Origin: Thermodesulfobacteriota bacterium
GTDB lineage: Bacteria; Desulfobacterota_D; UBA1144; Nemesobacterales; N074bin48
Length of the DNA: 25,507 nt
NCBI GenBank assembly: GCA_041572575.1
Contig: JBFFSH010000035.1
Location: 1-25,507 of the forward strand
Direction: 5' to 3'
A program made the position numbers and the translations under genes. Below, in pieces: positions 1 to 9,672 of this stretch (position 1 is the stretch's first letter; every line of letters begins with the position of its first letter). The notes below the pieces were generated by a model. The model was not told the origin of the DNA and ran no database searches. It worked only from the letters and a program-made list of their open reading frames with translations.

Positions 1-345
1 GGTGTAACAGTAATGGATGATCAGACCTGTATGGTTAGGGTTGCCCAGAATCTCGCACATTTTTACAGGGATGAATCCTGCGGACAGTGCGTACAGTGCA
101 GAGAGGGTACATGGTGGCTTGAGATGATGCTTACAAAAATTGAAGCCGGTAAGGGATCAATGGAATACATAGATACCCTGCTTGATGCCTGTCATCAGAT
201 GAGAGGTACTACAATATGCGCCCTTGCCGACGGCTGTGCCATGCCCATAGAATCCATAATCAACAAATTCCGTGCCGAGTTCGAAGATCACATAACCTCC
301 GGCAAATGCCCTTTTGAAAACAAACACATGGGCGATTGGGGATAG
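1..345 (+). CDS. nuoF: NADH-quinone oxidoreductase subunit F, C-terminal part (5' truncated by the window)
   Basis: Frame is open from base 1 (GVTVMDD...). It carries the 4Fe-4S motif FYRDESCGQCVQCREG...GTTICALADG typical of NuoF/51-kDa subunits. Confidence 0.9.
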   Translation, partial: GVTVMDDQTCMVRVAQNLAHFYRDESCGQCVQCREGTWWLEMMLTKIEAGKGSMEYIDTLLDACHQMRGTTICALADGCAMPIESIINKFRAEFEDHITSGKCPFENKHMGDWG

Positions 346-436
346 TACTACAAAAGCCTGCCCCTAAATAAATTTCTACTTTTCTTATATCTTATTTATA
401 CTTTTTATAACTACAATATTGCTTCGAGGGTGTGCT

Positions 437-889
437 ATGGTTTGTTTTGAAGTATATGTAAATGATAAAAAAGTGTTTACAGCGGGGCATGAAGATTTGG
501 ATGAAATTACAACATCGCTCAAATATCAAAAAGATAAAGAAACAGTGAAATTATCCATTAATGGCGAATTAATTGGAAATGATTCTCTAAGGGGCTATGC
601 GAGATGGTTAATTTGGGTAAATAATAACAAAGCCAGAAGTATGAGAGAATTAAAAATTGGTGATGAGATTAAAATTATAGTTAACAAAGATGTGATACCG
701 GATAAACCTGCATTTTATAAATCAGGTAAAGAAGAATCATCTTCCGAGATCAAGAAATTCTGTTCATTTTGTTCTAAAGAACGTAAAGAAGTCAGGACAC
801 TCATAGCAAGTGAACACAAAAATACTTATATCTGTGGTGAATGTATAGATAAGTTTAGAGAAATTAAAGAAGAAGTAAATAAATCATAA
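437..889 (+). CDS. Hypothetical protein with C-terminal ClpX-type C4 zinc finger
   Basis: C-terminal CSFCSKERKEVRTLIASEHKNTYICGECI matches the ClpX zinc-binding domain pattern. Start moved to ATG 437 because GAGGG lies at 426-430. Confidence 0.8.
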   Translation: MVCFEVYVNDKKVFTAGHEDLDEITTSLKYQKDKETVKLSINGELIGNDSLRGYARWLIWVNNNKARSMRELKIGDEIKIIVNKDVIPDKPAFYKSGKEESSSEIKKFCSFCSKERKEVRTLIASEHKNTYICGECIDKFREIKEEVNKS

Positions 890-896
890 TTATAAC

Positions 897-2753
897 TTAG
901 TTAGCGCTTACCCTCTCGAGCAGCTCATAAACCCTGTTTACCATAGACCTCGGGTCTTCAATAAAACCTGCAGCAACAAGGGCATTATCGTATAACTGTT
1001 CGGTTACAAGCTTTGCCAGCTCTGCATCAGAATCTTTTAATTTGCTAAGATTTTTTATAAGTCCATGATTTGGATTAATTTCCAGATTAATTTCATTGTC
1101 GCTCTGGCCAATCTCTTTATGGATCGATTTCATGATCTTGCGCATGCTTGGAGTCATAACCTTATCTGCGTTTAGCGCTATCACCGGACTATCCACAAGC
1201 CTCTTGCTCACGCTTACCTCTTTTACCTTATCTCCAAGCTCATCACTTATCCATTTACAAAGCTCATCTGATTCTTTCTTTTTAAGTCCGTCTTTGGCTT
1301 TTTCTTTCTTAACATCATCAAGTTTAACCTCTGAGCTGTCTGCCGATACCAGATCTTTCTCTTCAAACTTGCCTATATTGTTCATCACAAACTCATCTAC
1401 AGGTTCCAGCAAATAAAGGACTTCGAGTTTGTTTGCCTTGAATGCCTCCATCTGAGGGCTGTTTTCAATTATCTCTCTGCTTGGGCCATAAAGGTAATAA
1501 ATCTCTTTTTGATCCTGTCCCATTCTGGAAACATAGTCAGTAAGAGAGGTAAGTTTTCCGGCTTCTGTATGAGAAGATTCATATCTTATGAGTTTTGCAA
1601 GCTGTTCTCTATTGGAAAAATCAGTGGCTATACCCTCTTTCAAATATACACCAAACATCTTATAGAACTCTTCATAGCTTTCGGTCTCTTTCTTGGCTTT
1701 ATCTTCTAAGAATTTTAAAAACCTGTTCGTTACGGCTTTATTGAGTTTTTCAATGAGTGAGGTGTCCTGCATGGATTCCCTTGAGATATTAAGAGGCAGG
1801 TCGTCACTGTCTACTACACCCTTTAAAAATCTGAGCCATTCGGGAATCAACCCCTGAGGCTTTGAGTCGATTAACACTTTACGGCAATACAAATTTACTC
1901 CAGGCTCAGTCCTGCCAAGACCAAACCGCTCTGTGTTTTCCTGCGGTACGAACAATAAGGCGTTTATCGCAAGCGGTGCGTCGGCGCTGAAGTGAAGCGT
2001 GTATCTTGGCTCATCAAACGCATTTCCCTGAAACTTATAAAACTCTGTATATTCTTCATCCTTTATCTCATTTTTGTTTCTCATCCAGATAGCCTGGACT
2101 GTGTTTACCTGCTCGCCGTTAAGTTTGATTGGAAACTGAACAAAGCTGGAATAGCGGGTTAAAATGCCTTTTATTTTCTCAGGTTCTGCAAACTCCTTAT
2201 CCTCTTCTTTTAGGTGGATAACAATCTTGCAGCCCCTTCTTTGTCCCGGCTCTTCTGATATTTCATAGCTTCCGGATCCATCACTTTCCCATCTTAGGTG
2301 TTTTGCATCTTCTTTCCAGTTGTGAGTAAAAACCTCTACTTTTTTTGCAACCATAAATGCACTGTAAAAACCCACGCCGAACTGCCCGATTAAATTACTG
2401 TTTATTTCCTCACCCTTTTTTACAGCTTCCAAAAATGCTTTTGAGCCTGAGTGAGCAATAGTTCCCAAATTTTCTACAAGCTCATCCTCTGTCATTCCTA
2501 CACCAAAATCCTTGATCGTAATTATGTTAGCTTTATCGTCAGTTGTGATCTCAATTTCTAAGTCAAGCTGTTCATCAAAGATGTCTTTTTCAGTAAGTTT
2601 TATGTGTCTTAGTTTTTCAAGCGCATCCGAGGCGTTTGATACAAGCTCTCTTACAAAAACCTCTTTATCTGTATAAAGAGAATGTACTACAATATCTAAA
2701 AGCTGTTTTACCTCAGCCTGAAATTCATGTTTATTCGTACCACTTTCTGCCAT
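897..2753 (-). CDS. htpG: Molecular chaperone HtpG (Hsp90)
   Basis: Motifs FQAEVKQLL, RELVSNASDALEKLR, NLGTIAHSG, IGQFGVGFYSAF and LPLNISRE. GAGGAG RBS upstream. Confidence 0.98.
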   Translation of the reverse strand: MAESGTNKHEFQAEVKQLLDIVVHSLYTDKEVFVRELVSNASDALEKLRHIKLTEKDIFDEQLDLEIEITTDDKANIITIKDFGVGMTEDELVENLGTIAHSGSKAFLEAVKKGEEINSNLIGQFGVGFYSAFMVAKKVEVFTHNWKEDAKHLRWESDGSGSYEISEEPGQRRGCKIVIHLKEEDKEFAEPEKIKGILTRYSSFVQFPIKLNGEQVNTVQAIWMRNKNEIKDEEYTEFYKFQGNAFDEPRYTLHFSADAPLAINALLFVPQENTERFGLGRTEPGVNLYCRKVLIDSKPQGLIPEWLRFLKGVVDSDDLPLNISRESMQDTSLIEKLNKAVTNRFLKFLEDKAKKETESYEEFYKMFGVYLKEGIATDFSNREQLAKLIRYESSHTEAGKLTSLTDYVSRMGQDQKEIYYLYGPSREIIENSPQMEAFKANKLEVLYLLEPVDEFVMNNIGKFEEKDLVSADSSEVKLDDVKKEKAKDGLKKKESDELCKWISDELGDKVKEVSVSKRLVDSPVIALNADKVMTPSMRKIMKSIHKEIGQSDNEINLEINPNHGLIKNLSKLKDSDAELAKLVTEQLYDNALVAAGFIEDPRSMVNRVYELLERVSAN

Positions 2754-2796
2754 GTTGATCTCCTCGCGGGGTTTTTTTAGTCTAATTTCCCTGAAA

Positions 2797-2824
2797 ATAT
2801 ATGTATGGAATAATAAATTTCAAG
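2797..2824 (-). promoter_or_regulatory. Putative heat-shock (RpoH/sigma32-like) promoter of htpG
   Basis: Minus strand reads CTTGAA-N15-CATATAT about 45 nt upstream of the htpG ATG, resembling RpoH-type consensus promoters. Confidence 0.45.
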
Positions 2825-2871
2825 ACCGAAACTTATGAATTACTAAAAGTTATATGGAATGTAAGCTTATT

Positions 2872-3891
2872 CTACTGATTTGTACTAAAAACATGTCCTG
2901 AAGGGGTTTGTGTTAGGTATTCATGCCAGTTTTTCTCAAGCAAATTAAGCCCGCCGGAATAGCTTTGATTTACTACGAACATCGATGGGGTTTCGTCGGA
3001 AACACTAAAGTTTTTGAGGATTTTCTTTATAGATTCGGTGCCTTCGACACTGGACATTAGATAATGGACCAGAGAATAAGCAATTGAGCGGCTTGTTCTG
3101 TCTTCTACAAGGTTTCTGTTTTTCCAAACATTATTTGAAAGACCAAAGTACTCGAGCAGTGATATCAGCTCTTTTTTACTAAGCAGCGAAGCAATTTCAC
3201 TGTGTCTGTCATACTGGGGTCTGAAAAGTACCTGATTATCTGATATTTCTATTGTTTCAAAATACTCGGCAATACCTTCATTTACCCAAACAGGTATTCT
3301 GTAACCGGCCTGCTGAATCATTGCATGGCATGCCTCGTGTATTGATATTCCTACCACTTCGTTTCGGTATTTGCTTGCATTAACAAGCGCCTCACCCGTT
3401 CGGGAGCTGAAAATTCCTGATTCTGAATAAATCTTTCCAATTAGCCTTTTTTGGTATGCAAGAAAATCTCCGTGCCTGCCGAATATCTTGATATTGATAT
3501 CTGTACCCGGGGTTATTCCATATACTTCTTTAAAATAATCGTACACGAAATGGACTCCCTTGTGTATGGCAGTTATTTGTTGAGCAGGTAAAGATAATCT
3601 TACCTGTACTATATTTATGTCCAGCTCGCCTGCGCCAAAGTTCTGAGAGGTTTGTTCAGTCTCAGTTAAATCTTCAATTTCCGGGTCAGTTGTTTCATCG
3701 TTTATTGTAAAGCTCTCTCTTGGCTTATAATTTTGTTCCTCTGTATTTTGAGGGCAGGGGGAATTGCTGTATAGAACATTTCCGTTACTATCCACACATT
3801 TGTATACCTGTGCATGGAGTAAGTTAGTTAGTGCGGTGAAGTATAGAATTAAAGCAAACGAAATAATTGTAATGCTGTTCTTAGTAAACAC
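2872..3891 (-). CDS. Secreted DUF4124 + DUF1570 (zincin-like metallopeptidase) protein
   Basis: Signal peptide, then AQVYKCVDSNGNVLYSNSPCP (DUF4124-like), HEACH zinc motif and PVWVNEGIAEYFE. GTG start. Confidence 0.8.
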   Translation of the reverse strand: MFTKNSITIISFALILYFTALTNLLHAQVYKCVDSNGNVLYSNSPCPQNTEEQNYKPRESFTINDETTDPEIEDLTETEQTSQNFGAGELDINIVQVRLSLPAQQITAIHKGVHFVYDYFKEVYGITPGTDINIKIFGRHGDFLAYQKRLIGKIYSESGIFSSRTGEALVNASKYRNEVVGISIHEACHAMIQQAGYRIPVWVNEGIAEYFETIEISDNQVLFRPQYDRHSEIASLLSKKELISLLEYFGLSNNVWKNRNLVEDRTSRSIAYSLVHYLMSSVEGTESIKKILKNFSVSDETPSMFVVNQSYSGGLNLLEKNWHEYLTQTPSGHVFSTNQ

Positions 3892-3899
3892 AGTACAAC

Positions 3900-4427
3900 C
3901 TACTTTTTATATTTTAATAAATATTGTTTCAATCCCAGTTTTTCAAGGCGTTTGTATTTGGTTTCAACCCCCTTTTCCAGGGAATCTTTATATTCTGAAA
4001 TCTTATTTTGTGTTCTTTTGTTTCCTGTACCTACGATCTGCGCTGCAAGTATCCCTGCGTTCCTTGCTCCGTTAAGTGCAACTGTAGCAACAGGTACTCC
4101 AGCGGGCATTTGCAGTATGGAAAGAACAGAATCCCAGCCGTCAATTGAGTTTGATGATTTAATTGGCACCCCAATCACGGGAAGTGGGCTTAGTGAAGCT
4201 ACCATCCCTGGCAGATGAGCCGCTCCTCCGGCTCCGGCGATAATTACTTTTATACCCCTTGTGTGAGCTGTTTTTGCAAACTTAAACATTCTTTCAGGAG
4301 TACGGTGAGCCGATACTATGGTGAGTTCTGATGCAATCCCCATTTCATCAAGAAACTGTGCTGCTTCCTGCATAACACTCAAATCTGAATCCGATCCCAT
4401 AATTATACTAACTAGCGGTTTTTTCAT
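3900..4427 (-). CDS. purE: N5-carboxyaminoimidazole ribonucleotide mutase
   Basis: Motifs IIMGSDSD, VSAHRTP, AGAGGAAHLPG and QMPAGVPVATV. ATGA overlap with purK. Confidence 0.98.
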   Translation of the reverse strand: MKKPLVSIIMGSDSDLSVMQEAAQFLDEMGIASELTIVSAHRTPERMFKFAKTAHTRGIKVIIAGAGGAAHLPGMVASLSPLPVIGVPIKSSNSIDGWDSVLSILQMPAGVPVATVALNGARNAGILAAQIVGTGNKRTQNKISEYKDSLEKGVETKYKRLEKLGLKQYLLKYKK

Positions 4428-5578
4428 GACACTGCCCTCAAATTAAGTTTAAGCCTTTGAGCTTTTTTAATTGCTTCGTTTATGTCTTTATCAATTATTG
4501 TAGCATGTCCCATTTTTCTAAACGGTTTAGTCTGCTTTTTACCATAAATATGTATTTTGACACCATCGATACCAATACATTTATCTAACCCTTCATATCT
4601 TACCTGTCCGCTAAATCCGTCCTCTCCCAATATGTTTACCATAACCGCACTGCTAATAAGCTGGGTGCTTCCAAGCGGAAGGTCAAGGATTGCTCTTATG
4701 TGTTGTTCATATTGAGAAGTGAGCGCTGTTTCAATCGTATGATGTCCGCTGTTATGGGGCCTTGGGGCAACTTCGTTTATAAGAATGTTATTTTCCTTAT
4801 CCAGGAACATTTCTACGGCAAGTACCCCTACAAGTCCAAATGTTTTTATAGTTTGTTCTGCTAACTTGATAGCTTGCTGGGCTGATTCGTTATCAATTCT
4901 GGCTGGAGAAATAAGATCTTCTACAAGGTTTGCCTGTTCATTGAATTCCATCTCAAAGGGAACGTATGATTTAATCTCGCCAGAATGATTGCGGGCTACG
5001 ATTACTGAGAGTTCCTTTTTTATATAAACTTTATCTTCAATAACTGATTGGCCATCAAAGAGGTTTTCCAGATCATCTTCGTTCTTTACAATCTGTACAC
5101 CTCTTCCGTCATATCCAAAGCGGCAGGCCTTTTGAACAAATGGGGTCTCGAGCTTTTTGTAGTCCAGGTCATTTAAAATAGTTTGCTGATTATAGTATAG
5201 CTTGTAGTTGGCGGTGCGAAGGTTATTGTTTTTGAAAAAGTTTTTCTGTTTGCCCTTATCCTGAATGATTTTTAGGATATCGGGGTCGGGACAGATGGTT
5301 TTGCCTTCCTCTTTTAGTTTAAGTAGTGCCTCGGTATTTACGTGCTCTATCTCTATTGTAACAAGATCGACCTGCTTGCCAAAATTATATACATCATCAA
5401 AATCTTTAAAATCACCCTTAATAAATTTTGTGGCAATGTTTGATGCAGGACAGCCTTCAGTGGGGTCGAGCACATAAATATCTATATCCCAGCAGCTTGC
5501 AGCCTGTATGAGCATCTTTCCAAGCTGACCACCGCCGAGTATTCCAATCTTAAATCCGCTGCTAAAATAGTCTTTCAT
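4424..5578 (-). CDS. purK: N5-carboxyaminoimidazole ribonucleotide synthase (ATP-grasp)
   Basis: Motifs GILGGGQLG, GYDGRG, NEVAPRPHNSGH and RKMGH. Confidence 0.98.
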   Translation of the reverse strand: MKDYFSSGFKIGILGGGQLGKMLIQAASCWDIDIYVLDPTEGCPASNIATKFIKGDFKDFDDVYNFGKQVDLVTIEIEHVNTEALLKLKEEGKTICPDPDILKIIQDKGKQKNFFKNNNLRTANYKLYYNQQTILNDLDYKKLETPFVQKACRFGYDGRGVQIVKNEDDLENLFDGQSVIEDKVYIKKELSVIVARNHSGEIKSYVPFEMEFNEQANLVEDLISPARIDNESAQQAIKLAEQTIKTFGLVGVLAVEMFLDKENNILINEVAPRPHNSGHHTIETALTSQYEQHIRAILDLPLGSTQLISSAVMVNILGEDGFSGQVRYEGLDKCIGIDGVKIHIYGKKQTKPFRKMGHATIIDKDINEAIKKAQRLKLNLRAVS

Positions 5579-5605
5579 ATATCCTACAATTTATAAACTA
5601 AAAAT

Positions 5606-6790
5606 TCACTTTAAACAAACCCTGTTTCTGCCTTCATTCTTTGCTTTATAGAGCGCATTGTCAGCAGCTTTGATTACATCTTGTACTTCACTTAACTTTT
5701 CAGTTTTTTGGGCAACACCAATACTCACTGTTATCTTTTCAGTTTTGTCCTTGCTGAAAAATACCGGAATCTTGGGTTTTTTCTTTGGCCTTTTCTTGCC
5801 CCGCACGCTAAACTGCTGTTTTTCGATATCTTTTCTTAAATTTTCTAAATGCTCATATGAGTGCTCTTTGTCTCTATTTGCAAATAATATAGCAAACTCT
5901 TCTCCGCCATATCTATACGCTTTTCCGCCGCCCCCTACTTTTGATAGTCTTGAGGCTACCATCTTTAGTACCTGATCACCAACGTCATGGCCGTACCTGT
6001 CATTGAATTTTTTAAAGAAATCTATATCCACAAGACCTATTGAATACTCTTTCCCAAGTCCCGGAATGGCTTCATCAAATGATCTTCTTGAGGGAAGCTC
6101 GGTGAGTTTGTCTTTATAGGCTACGTCATATGACCTAAGCACAAAGCTTACAAGAAGTATCAGGCCTGATGTGCTGAGACAAAAAATCTGATTCCAGGTA
6201 TTAAACTGTTCGCTGAACATGAAGATAGTTGTAAGAAATGACCAGAAAAACCCGCTGTCAGAGAAATCCTTTTTATATATAAAGTCGGCAAGAAAGTAGA
6301 TCAGGACACTTATATAAATGGCAAAAGAAAATTTGGAGAGTAAAAGGTCACTGAAAAAGGGCTTGTCTATTGTGCTTACATCAAAGACATTGTCTGCAAA
6401 AACTTTTTCGTGGCTGCTTATGTAGTAGTAAAGAAGAATCTGAATTACAAGGAGAATGGAATACTTCCAAAATGATAGCTGTAAAACTCCTCTTTCGTGC
6501 ATGTTGTAAATAACAAAGAAATTCAGTGGAAGACAAAGCGAGAGTAAAAACAGATTCAGATTTACTGTTACAAATTCTTTATAAAGTACAAATCCTGCAA
6601 GTGAAATTATAATGATTGAGTAAATAAGCCTGCTTCTTTTAAAAGAAAGCCCTATTAAAAATGAAGAGGCCAGTACTATGATCGAATATACTTCTATATA
6701 GTTTGCAGATAGGCCTGCAAGCACATTAAGCTTAAATAATCCCAACAGGGATAAAAATATCAATCCTCCAGGTACAAAAAAAGAAGTCAT
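5606..6790 (-). CDS. Membrane-bound diguanylate cyclase (GGDEF domain)
   Basis: Multiple N-terminal TM helices, DKLTELPSRR, DIDFFKKFNDRYGHDVGD and an intact RYGGEEF active site. No RxxD I-site. Confidence 0.93.
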   Translation of the reverse strand: MTSFFVPGGLIFLSLLGLFKLNVLAGLSANYIEVYSIIVLASSFLIGLSFKRSRLIYSIIIISLAGFVLYKEFVTVNLNLFLLSLCLPLNFFVIYNMHERGVLQLSFWKYSILLVIQILLYYYISSHEKVFADNVFDVSTIDKPFFSDLLLSKFSFAIYISVLIYFLADFIYKKDFSDSGFFWSFLTTIFMFSEQFNTWNQIFCLSTSGLILLVSFVLRSYDVAYKDKLTELPSRRSFDEAIPGLGKEYSIGLVDIDFFKKFNDRYGHDVGDQVLKMVASRLSKVGGGGKAYRYGGEEFAILFANRDKEHSYEHLENLRKDIEKQQFSVRGKKRPKKKPKIPVFFSKDKTEKITVSIGVAQKTEKLSEVQDVIKAADNALYKAKNEGRNRVCLK

Positions 6791-6887
6791 TTATATTATT
6801 GATTTAATACATTAAATAAATTGAGAATGGAAACTTAGAAGAATATTAAATCAATTGAAAAAAAATAAAATGGTTAGTGTGAAATTC

Positions 6888-7652
6888 TTACCAGACTTCG
6901 AGTTTAACCACAGTCTCTCTAAACTCTTCCGGTACTTTTTTGGGGTTGTTGGTGTAGTGTTCTGTACCGTCATTATCTATCCATTTGTACACATATTCCG
7001 GCTCGCCGCTGTCATCTTCGTATTCTTCTTCCGGGTAGTAATCTTCGGTATCTTCTTTGAGATTTGAATAACGCTCCTCCGAGTACTGCTCAGCAGGTTT
7101 TTCTTCTAAATACTCATACTGGGAGTCATCTCGTCCGGGTTCAATTTCTTCAGAGTAAATTTGATTGTCATAGTATCTGTCCTGCGAATATTTCCTGTCA
7201 TAGTACCCTCTGTCATAGGAGTAATAGTATGTAGGGTATGAATAGTATGGCTTATAACCGTAGCCATAGTATCCGTAAGGTTTGTAGTACGGCCTGTTGT
7301 AACCGTAATAGCCAAAGCTCAGGTTATTGCCGCCATAGTAGATACCGTAACTGCTTCCTTTATGCTTATTATGATGTTTGTAGTGATGCTTCTTGGCATA
7401 ATGTCCGCTTTTATGACCTTTATAATATTTATGATGACCTGAATATTTGCCATTATTATAATGAGATTTTTGCTGTCTGTTGTAGTGCTTTCCACCCGAA
7501 TGCTTGCCGGATTTAAACTGCTGGGCGGACTGTTTTCGGTGTCCTGATTTGGAATAAGCGGATTTATTGCTGCCGGATCTGGCATTAACAGAGTTGTAAC
7601 CGGATAGAACAAAAAGCAGGGTTAGGATTAGTACGCTTAAAATAATCCTCAT
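6888..7652 (-). CDS. Secreted low-complexity His/Tyr/Glu-rich protein with C-terminal DUF4124-like domain
   Basis: Signal peptide, then K/H-rich, Y/G-rich and E/D-rich blocks. C-terminal VYKWIDNDGTEHYTNNPKKVPEEFR. Confidence 0.8.
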   Translation of the reverse strand: MRIILSVLILTLLFVLSGYNSVNARSGSNKSAYSKSGHRKQSAQQFKSGKHSGGKHYNRQQKSHYNNGKYSGHHKYYKGHKSGHYAKKHHYKHHNKHKGSSYGIYYGGNNLSFGYYGYNRPYYKPYGYYGYGYKPYYSYPTYYYSYDRGYYDRKYSQDRYYDNQIYSEEIEPGRDDSQYEYLEEKPAEQYSEERYSNLKEDTEDYYPEEEYEDDSGEPEYVYKWIDNDGTEHYTNNPKKVPEEFRETVVKLEVW

Positions 7653-7696
7653 AGGTAAAGTCTAAAGCGTAATTTGCAGATTACAACTTATAAATA

Positions 7697-9661
7697 TTAA
7701 TATCCTTCTCTGTCCCAGGGCTTTATAAAATCGGAATTCTGCATGCCGTAGCTGCCAAAACCCACATAGCTTGTATCAACAAGGTTGTCCGGGATTCTTT
7801 CAAGAAAATAGGGTGAAACGTCTCTGGAATGTTCTGCTCTGTAGCCCCCGTGAAAGTTATACCTGCCGCCCTGCGATAGGTTCCTTGTAATAATAAGCTC
7901 GTCCTGTGCCCTTGTCATGGCAACATAGAGCACTCTCCGCTCTTCTTCTTCATCATCCAGCTTACCGAGGCTCCTTACATGCGGGTACATCCCGGGCTCT
8001 ACTTTAATTAAGTAACAGGTCTTGGCCTCTGTACCCTTGGCGCTGTGTACTGTTATGAGAGTGACTGCATCGTCGTTTTCGAGCCTGCTGGCCTCACTTG
8101 TAGAGATGGGATCCATGGTAAAGGTCTCTATAAAGGACAGTAAATTTTTGTGCCTCTTTGCAAGTCTTGCCAGTAAATCAAAATCTTTTCTTCTAGTATC
8201 CCACTTGCTGTATTTGGTTTTTAGAAGAGGTTCCAATACATCAATACCTGCCCTTATTGCATCATGGGGCACAGCCCATTTTTCTATAACCTTGTGCGGG
8301 CCTGCAAGTATCTCGGGCATAATTTTCTTGTTGTCTCTGAGTATTTCTATTGCCTCATTAAAGAGCGGTGCCTTTTTCATCTCTTCAATGATCCTCAGTG
8401 CAGTTATATCACCTATTTTCGGAAATAAGGTTAAATATCTTATCCATGCAATTTCATCATGATGACTTGCTGAGCAGCGCATGAGTGATAGCAAATCCTT
8501 TACATGGGCTGATTGCAGCAGGCTTGTGCCGCCGATGAATTTATACGGTACCTGTTTTTCGATTAAGATTGCTTCTAAGGTTCTTGATGCAAGACCGCTT
8601 CTTGTGATGACCATCTGATCGTCCCAGCGGTTGCCCTTATCGTGTTTTTCGACCAGATCCTGAGCAATCCAGCGTGCTTCTTCAAAGTCGTTCTCGAAGT
8701 CTATTATTGATGGCGTGATCCCACCACCCCTTATTGATTCGAGATGTTTATTGTAATCAAGAGTGGATTCATTTAGAAGCCAGTTTGAGAGTTCGAGAAT
8801 ACCCTTCGTTGATCTGTAATTTTTTTCAAGCCTAAGTACTTTGGAATTTGGAATTCTGTTTGTGAAATAATGGACATTCTTAAAGTCCGCACCCCTGAAT
8901 GAGTAGATGCTCTGTGCATCATCTCCAACACAGAAAAGCTGAGCCGGGTCGCGCAGGCCTTCAAGTATAAGCCATTGCAAGGGGTTTGTGTCCTGCATTT
9001 CGTCTACAAGAATGTGGTCATAATAACCTCTTAGGCGCTCTCTTATTTCAGGCATTTCATGTAACTTCTTGCTAAACTTGAATAGAATATCGTCATAATC
9101 CAGATAGTTGTTCTCGTATTTTCTGGTACCGTAATTTTCTATAGTCTTAACGACTTTTTCAAATGTTTCATCTTCATATTCCGTATACTTGTCCAGGTAA
9201 TCTTTTAGAGGCTGGTTGGTGTTTTTTGCATAGGAATAAACCTCTACTAATTTATCAGCAGCAGGAAAGTTCTCGCCTTCTTTCCTGTGAGCGGCCCTTA
9301 CAAGCTTCATAAGCTGAATCTGATCGTCCCTGTCAATAACCGTTGCCGCTTCTATCTCGAACATTCTTGACATCTTTCTCATCGTATAGAGACAGAAGTG
9401 GTGAAAAGTGCCTGCTACAACCATGTTTGATCTTTCGCCAACCCTAAGGCTCAGGCGGTTTACCATTTCCTGTGCGGCGCGTCTTGTAAAAGTGAGCATG
9501 AGAATCCTCTGCGGCTCTATCCCTGACTCTATCAGGTGCTCAGCCCTTGCAATGATAGTTCTTGTCTTTCCAGTGCCTGCTCCTGCAAGCACAAGCACAT
9601 GCCCGCTGTCATATTCCACAGCGGCTTTTTGCTGATTATTTAGTTCGAATTTTAATGACAT
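7697..9661 (-). CDS. UvrD/PcrA/Rep-family SF1 ATP-dependent DNA helicase
   Basis: Motifs LAGAGTGKT, LTFTRRAA, VDEMQDTN, VGDDAQSIYSFRGA, NYRS, TVHSAKGTE and EEERRVLYVAMTRA. Confidence 0.95.
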   Translation of the reverse strand: MSLKFELNNQQKAAVEYDSGHVLVLAGAGTGKTRTIIARAEHLIESGIEPQRILMLTFTRRAAQEMVNRLSLRVGERSNMVVAGTFHHFCLYTMRKMSRMFEIEAATVIDRDDQIQLMKLVRAAHRKEGENFPAADKLVEVYSYAKNTNQPLKDYLDKYTEYEDETFEKVVKTIENYGTRKYENNYLDYDDILFKFSKKLHEMPEIRERLRGYYDHILVDEMQDTNPLQWLILEGLRDPAQLFCVGDDAQSIYSFRGADFKNVHYFTNRIPNSKVLRLEKNYRSTKGILELSNWLLNESTLDYNKHLESIRGGGITPSIIDFENDFEEARWIAQDLVEKHDKGNRWDDQMVITRSGLASRTLEAILIEKQVPYKFIGGTSLLQSAHVKDLLSLMRCSASHHDEIAWIRYLTLFPKIGDITALRIIEEMKKAPLFNEAIEILRDNKKIMPEILAGPHKVIEKWAVPHDAIRAGIDVLEPLLKTKYSKWDTRRKDFDLLARLAKRHKNLLSFIETFTMDPISTSEASRLENDDAVTLITVHSAKGTEAKTCYLIKVEPGMYPHVRSLGKLDDEEEERRVLYVAMTRAQDELIITRNLSQGGRYNFHGGYRAEHSRDVSPYFLERIPDNLVDTSYVGFGSYGMQNSDFIKPWDREGY

Positions 9662-9672
9662 ATTCTTTGTTT

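Noticed and set aside
2758..2778. CCCC-GCGA-GGAG mini-hairpin over the htpG SD, a possible RNA thermometer
   Set aside because: Only 3 base pairs with a mismatch, too weak to support.
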